43,090 nucleotides of DNA from Candidatus Methylacidiphilales bacterium (lineage in GTDB: Bacteria; Bacteroidota; Bacteroidia; UKL13-3), in contig JBGSBN010000002.1 in NCBI GenBank assembly GCA_041730515.1, forward strand, positions 1 through 43,090, written 5' to 3'. The translations under genes were made by a program, and so were the position numbers. Within the stretch, counting starts at the first letter, position 1, and the number at the start of each line of letters is the position of its first letter. This document shows positions 42,200 to 43,090 of the stretch, piece by piece. A model generated the notes under the pieces. That model was not told the DNA's origin and did not search any database. It was given only the letters and a program-made list of their open reading frames with translations.

Positions 42200-42952
42200 T
42201 TATTGAGCAACTTCTTCAGCTAACTCAGGGTCAACTAATACGCGACCACAGTTTTCGCAAACTATAATTTTTTTACGTAATTTAATATCAGCTTGGCGTT
42301 GAGGAGGAATACCAGCAAAGCAACCACCGCAGCTTTCGCGCATAATTACCGCTACACCAATTCCGTTTTTCATGCTTGTTCTAATTCTATTGTACGATGC
42401 AACTAAACGCTCATCAGCCACATGAACAGCTTTATCTCTATGTACATTTAAATTAGCTTCTTCTTTTTCAGTTTCAGCTATAATGCTTTCTAATTCGCCT
42501 TTTTTATTTTTTAAATCTTGCTTGCGTCCAACTAATTCTGCATCTAATGCTGTAATTGCATTTTTCTTTTGTTCAGTTTCAAAATTAGCATTTTTAATAC
42601 GCTTATCTGCAGCTTGTTGTTCCAAACCTTGAATCTCAATTTCTTTATTCAAAGCATCGTATTCACGGTTATTTTTTACGCCTTCTAATTGTTTTTCGTA
42701 TTTTTTTACCAATGCTTTCGCATCCATAATACGTGTTTTGTTTTGGCTAATTGATTCCTCTATAGCTTTTACATCATTTGCCATATTAGCCAAACGTGTT
42801 TCCATGCCAGCTATATCATCTTCTAAATCAGCAACTTCGTTAGGTAGTTCACCTCTAACAATTTGCAATTTACTTATTTGTGAATCGATAATTTGAAGCC
42901 TGTATAAAGCTTTTAATTTTTGTTCAATGCTTACTTCTGTAGCTAATGCCAT
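42200..42952 (-). CDS. Zinc-ribbon coiled-coil protein (COG1579/DUF164 family)
   Basis: 250 aa. A long coiled coil is followed by a C-terminal CGGC...(x21)...CENCGR zinc ribbon. Sits downstream of a NIF3 gene, the usual pairing. Confidence 0.87.
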   Translation of the reverse strand: MALATEVSIEQKLKALYRLQIIDSQISKLQIVRGELPNEVADLEDDIAGMETRLANMANDVKAIEESISQNKTRIMDAKALVKKYEKQLEGVKNNREYDALNKEIEIQGLEQQAADKRIKNANFETEQKKNAITALDAELVGRKQDLKNKKGELESIIAETEKEEANLNVHRDKAVHVADERLVASYNRIRTSMKNGIGVAVIMRESCGGCFAGIPPQRQADIKLRKKIIVCENCGRVLVDPELAEEVAQ

Positions 42953-42957
42953 ATAGT

Positions 42958-43090
42958 TTAATAATAATAATTTACTGGGTTGGTATTGATTTTACTTAAA
43001 AAGAGGGCAAATGTAGGATTTTTTTTCATAATTAAATCAAACATAAGCTCTTTTGTGAATTTTTCGCTTTCATAATGTCCAATATCCGCT
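42958..43090 (-). CDS. NIF3-like (YqfO/GTP cyclohydrolase 1 type 2 family) protein, C-terminal fragment (gene continues beyond the window)
   Basis: Not in the ORF track because it is under 60 aa. The minus-strand frame reads ADIGHYESEKFTKELMFDLIMKKNPTFALFLSKINTNPVNYYY*, ending 5 nt before the next start. The GHYESE motif is characteristic of NIF3 C-termini. Confidence 0.65.
   Translation of the reverse strand, partial: ADIGHYESEKFTKELMFDLIMKKNPTFALFLSKINTNPVNYYY

Noticed and set aside
1-43090. Scan for tRNA, rRNA, tmRNA, RNase P, riboswitches, transposases, integrases, reverse transcriptases and cas or other known defence genes.
   Set aside because: None was recognised by eye on either strand. 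This is a weak negative, because structured RNAs cannot be excluded without tRNAscan or Rfam cmscan.

Overview
This is an AT-rich chromosomal segment (about one-third G+C by eye) from a Bacteroidota-type genome. Supporting signs are T9SS type A and type B C-terminal sorting domains, a Bacteroidota-style cox cluster and TAnnTTTG-like -7 boxes.

Coding content, in order:
- A secreted T9SS-like protein.
- An ~8 kb co-directional aa3-type cytochrome c oxidase and assembly block: coxB, coxA, ctaA, cyoE, two cox3 paralogs, coxIV, SCO, DUF420.
- An EamA transporter, a ParE-type TA pair and dtd.
- Three uncharacterised genes, then purQ and thiL.
- Two small envelope proteins.
- A partial carotenoid cluster (CrtD-like desaturase, carotenoid biosynthesis membrane protein, crtZ, lycopene cyclase) interrupted by a second, frameshifted ParE-type TA pair.
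- An extremely Met/Asn-rich PhaE-like protein, a MaoC dehydratase and an S9 peptidase.
- Two large T9SS adhesin-like proteins, a GH13 amylase and a beta-lactamase-family hydrolase.
- A RelE TA pair, three tandem paralogous small membrane proteins, a COG1579 zinc-ribbon protein and a partial NIF3 gene at the right edge.

I recognised no rRNA, tRNA, CRISPR array, transposase, integrase, reverse transcriptase or known defence system.

The part the gene list does not explain is the intergenic DNA. Nearly every longer spacer (15215-15387, 19141-19217, 26244-26635, 28349-29034, 34260-34554, 37806-38120, 39639-39745, 41898-42140) is a mosaic of recurring short modules:
- Period-7 and period-8 degenerate tandem arrays.
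- Several families of GC-rich hairpins.
- A 4 x 42-nt hairpin array.
- A 239-bp MITE-like element with ~30-bp terminal inverted repeats.
- A ~140-bp composite element present twice.

I rank this BIME-like mosaic repeat system, especially 28633-29034 and 34271-34558, as the most unusual feature. Next come the 655-bp non-coding region with a ~100-bp tandem duplication beside the Met-rich gene, and the RelE plus triplicated membrane-protein locus. All functional interpretations of these are inference. No database search, folding or statistics could be run here.
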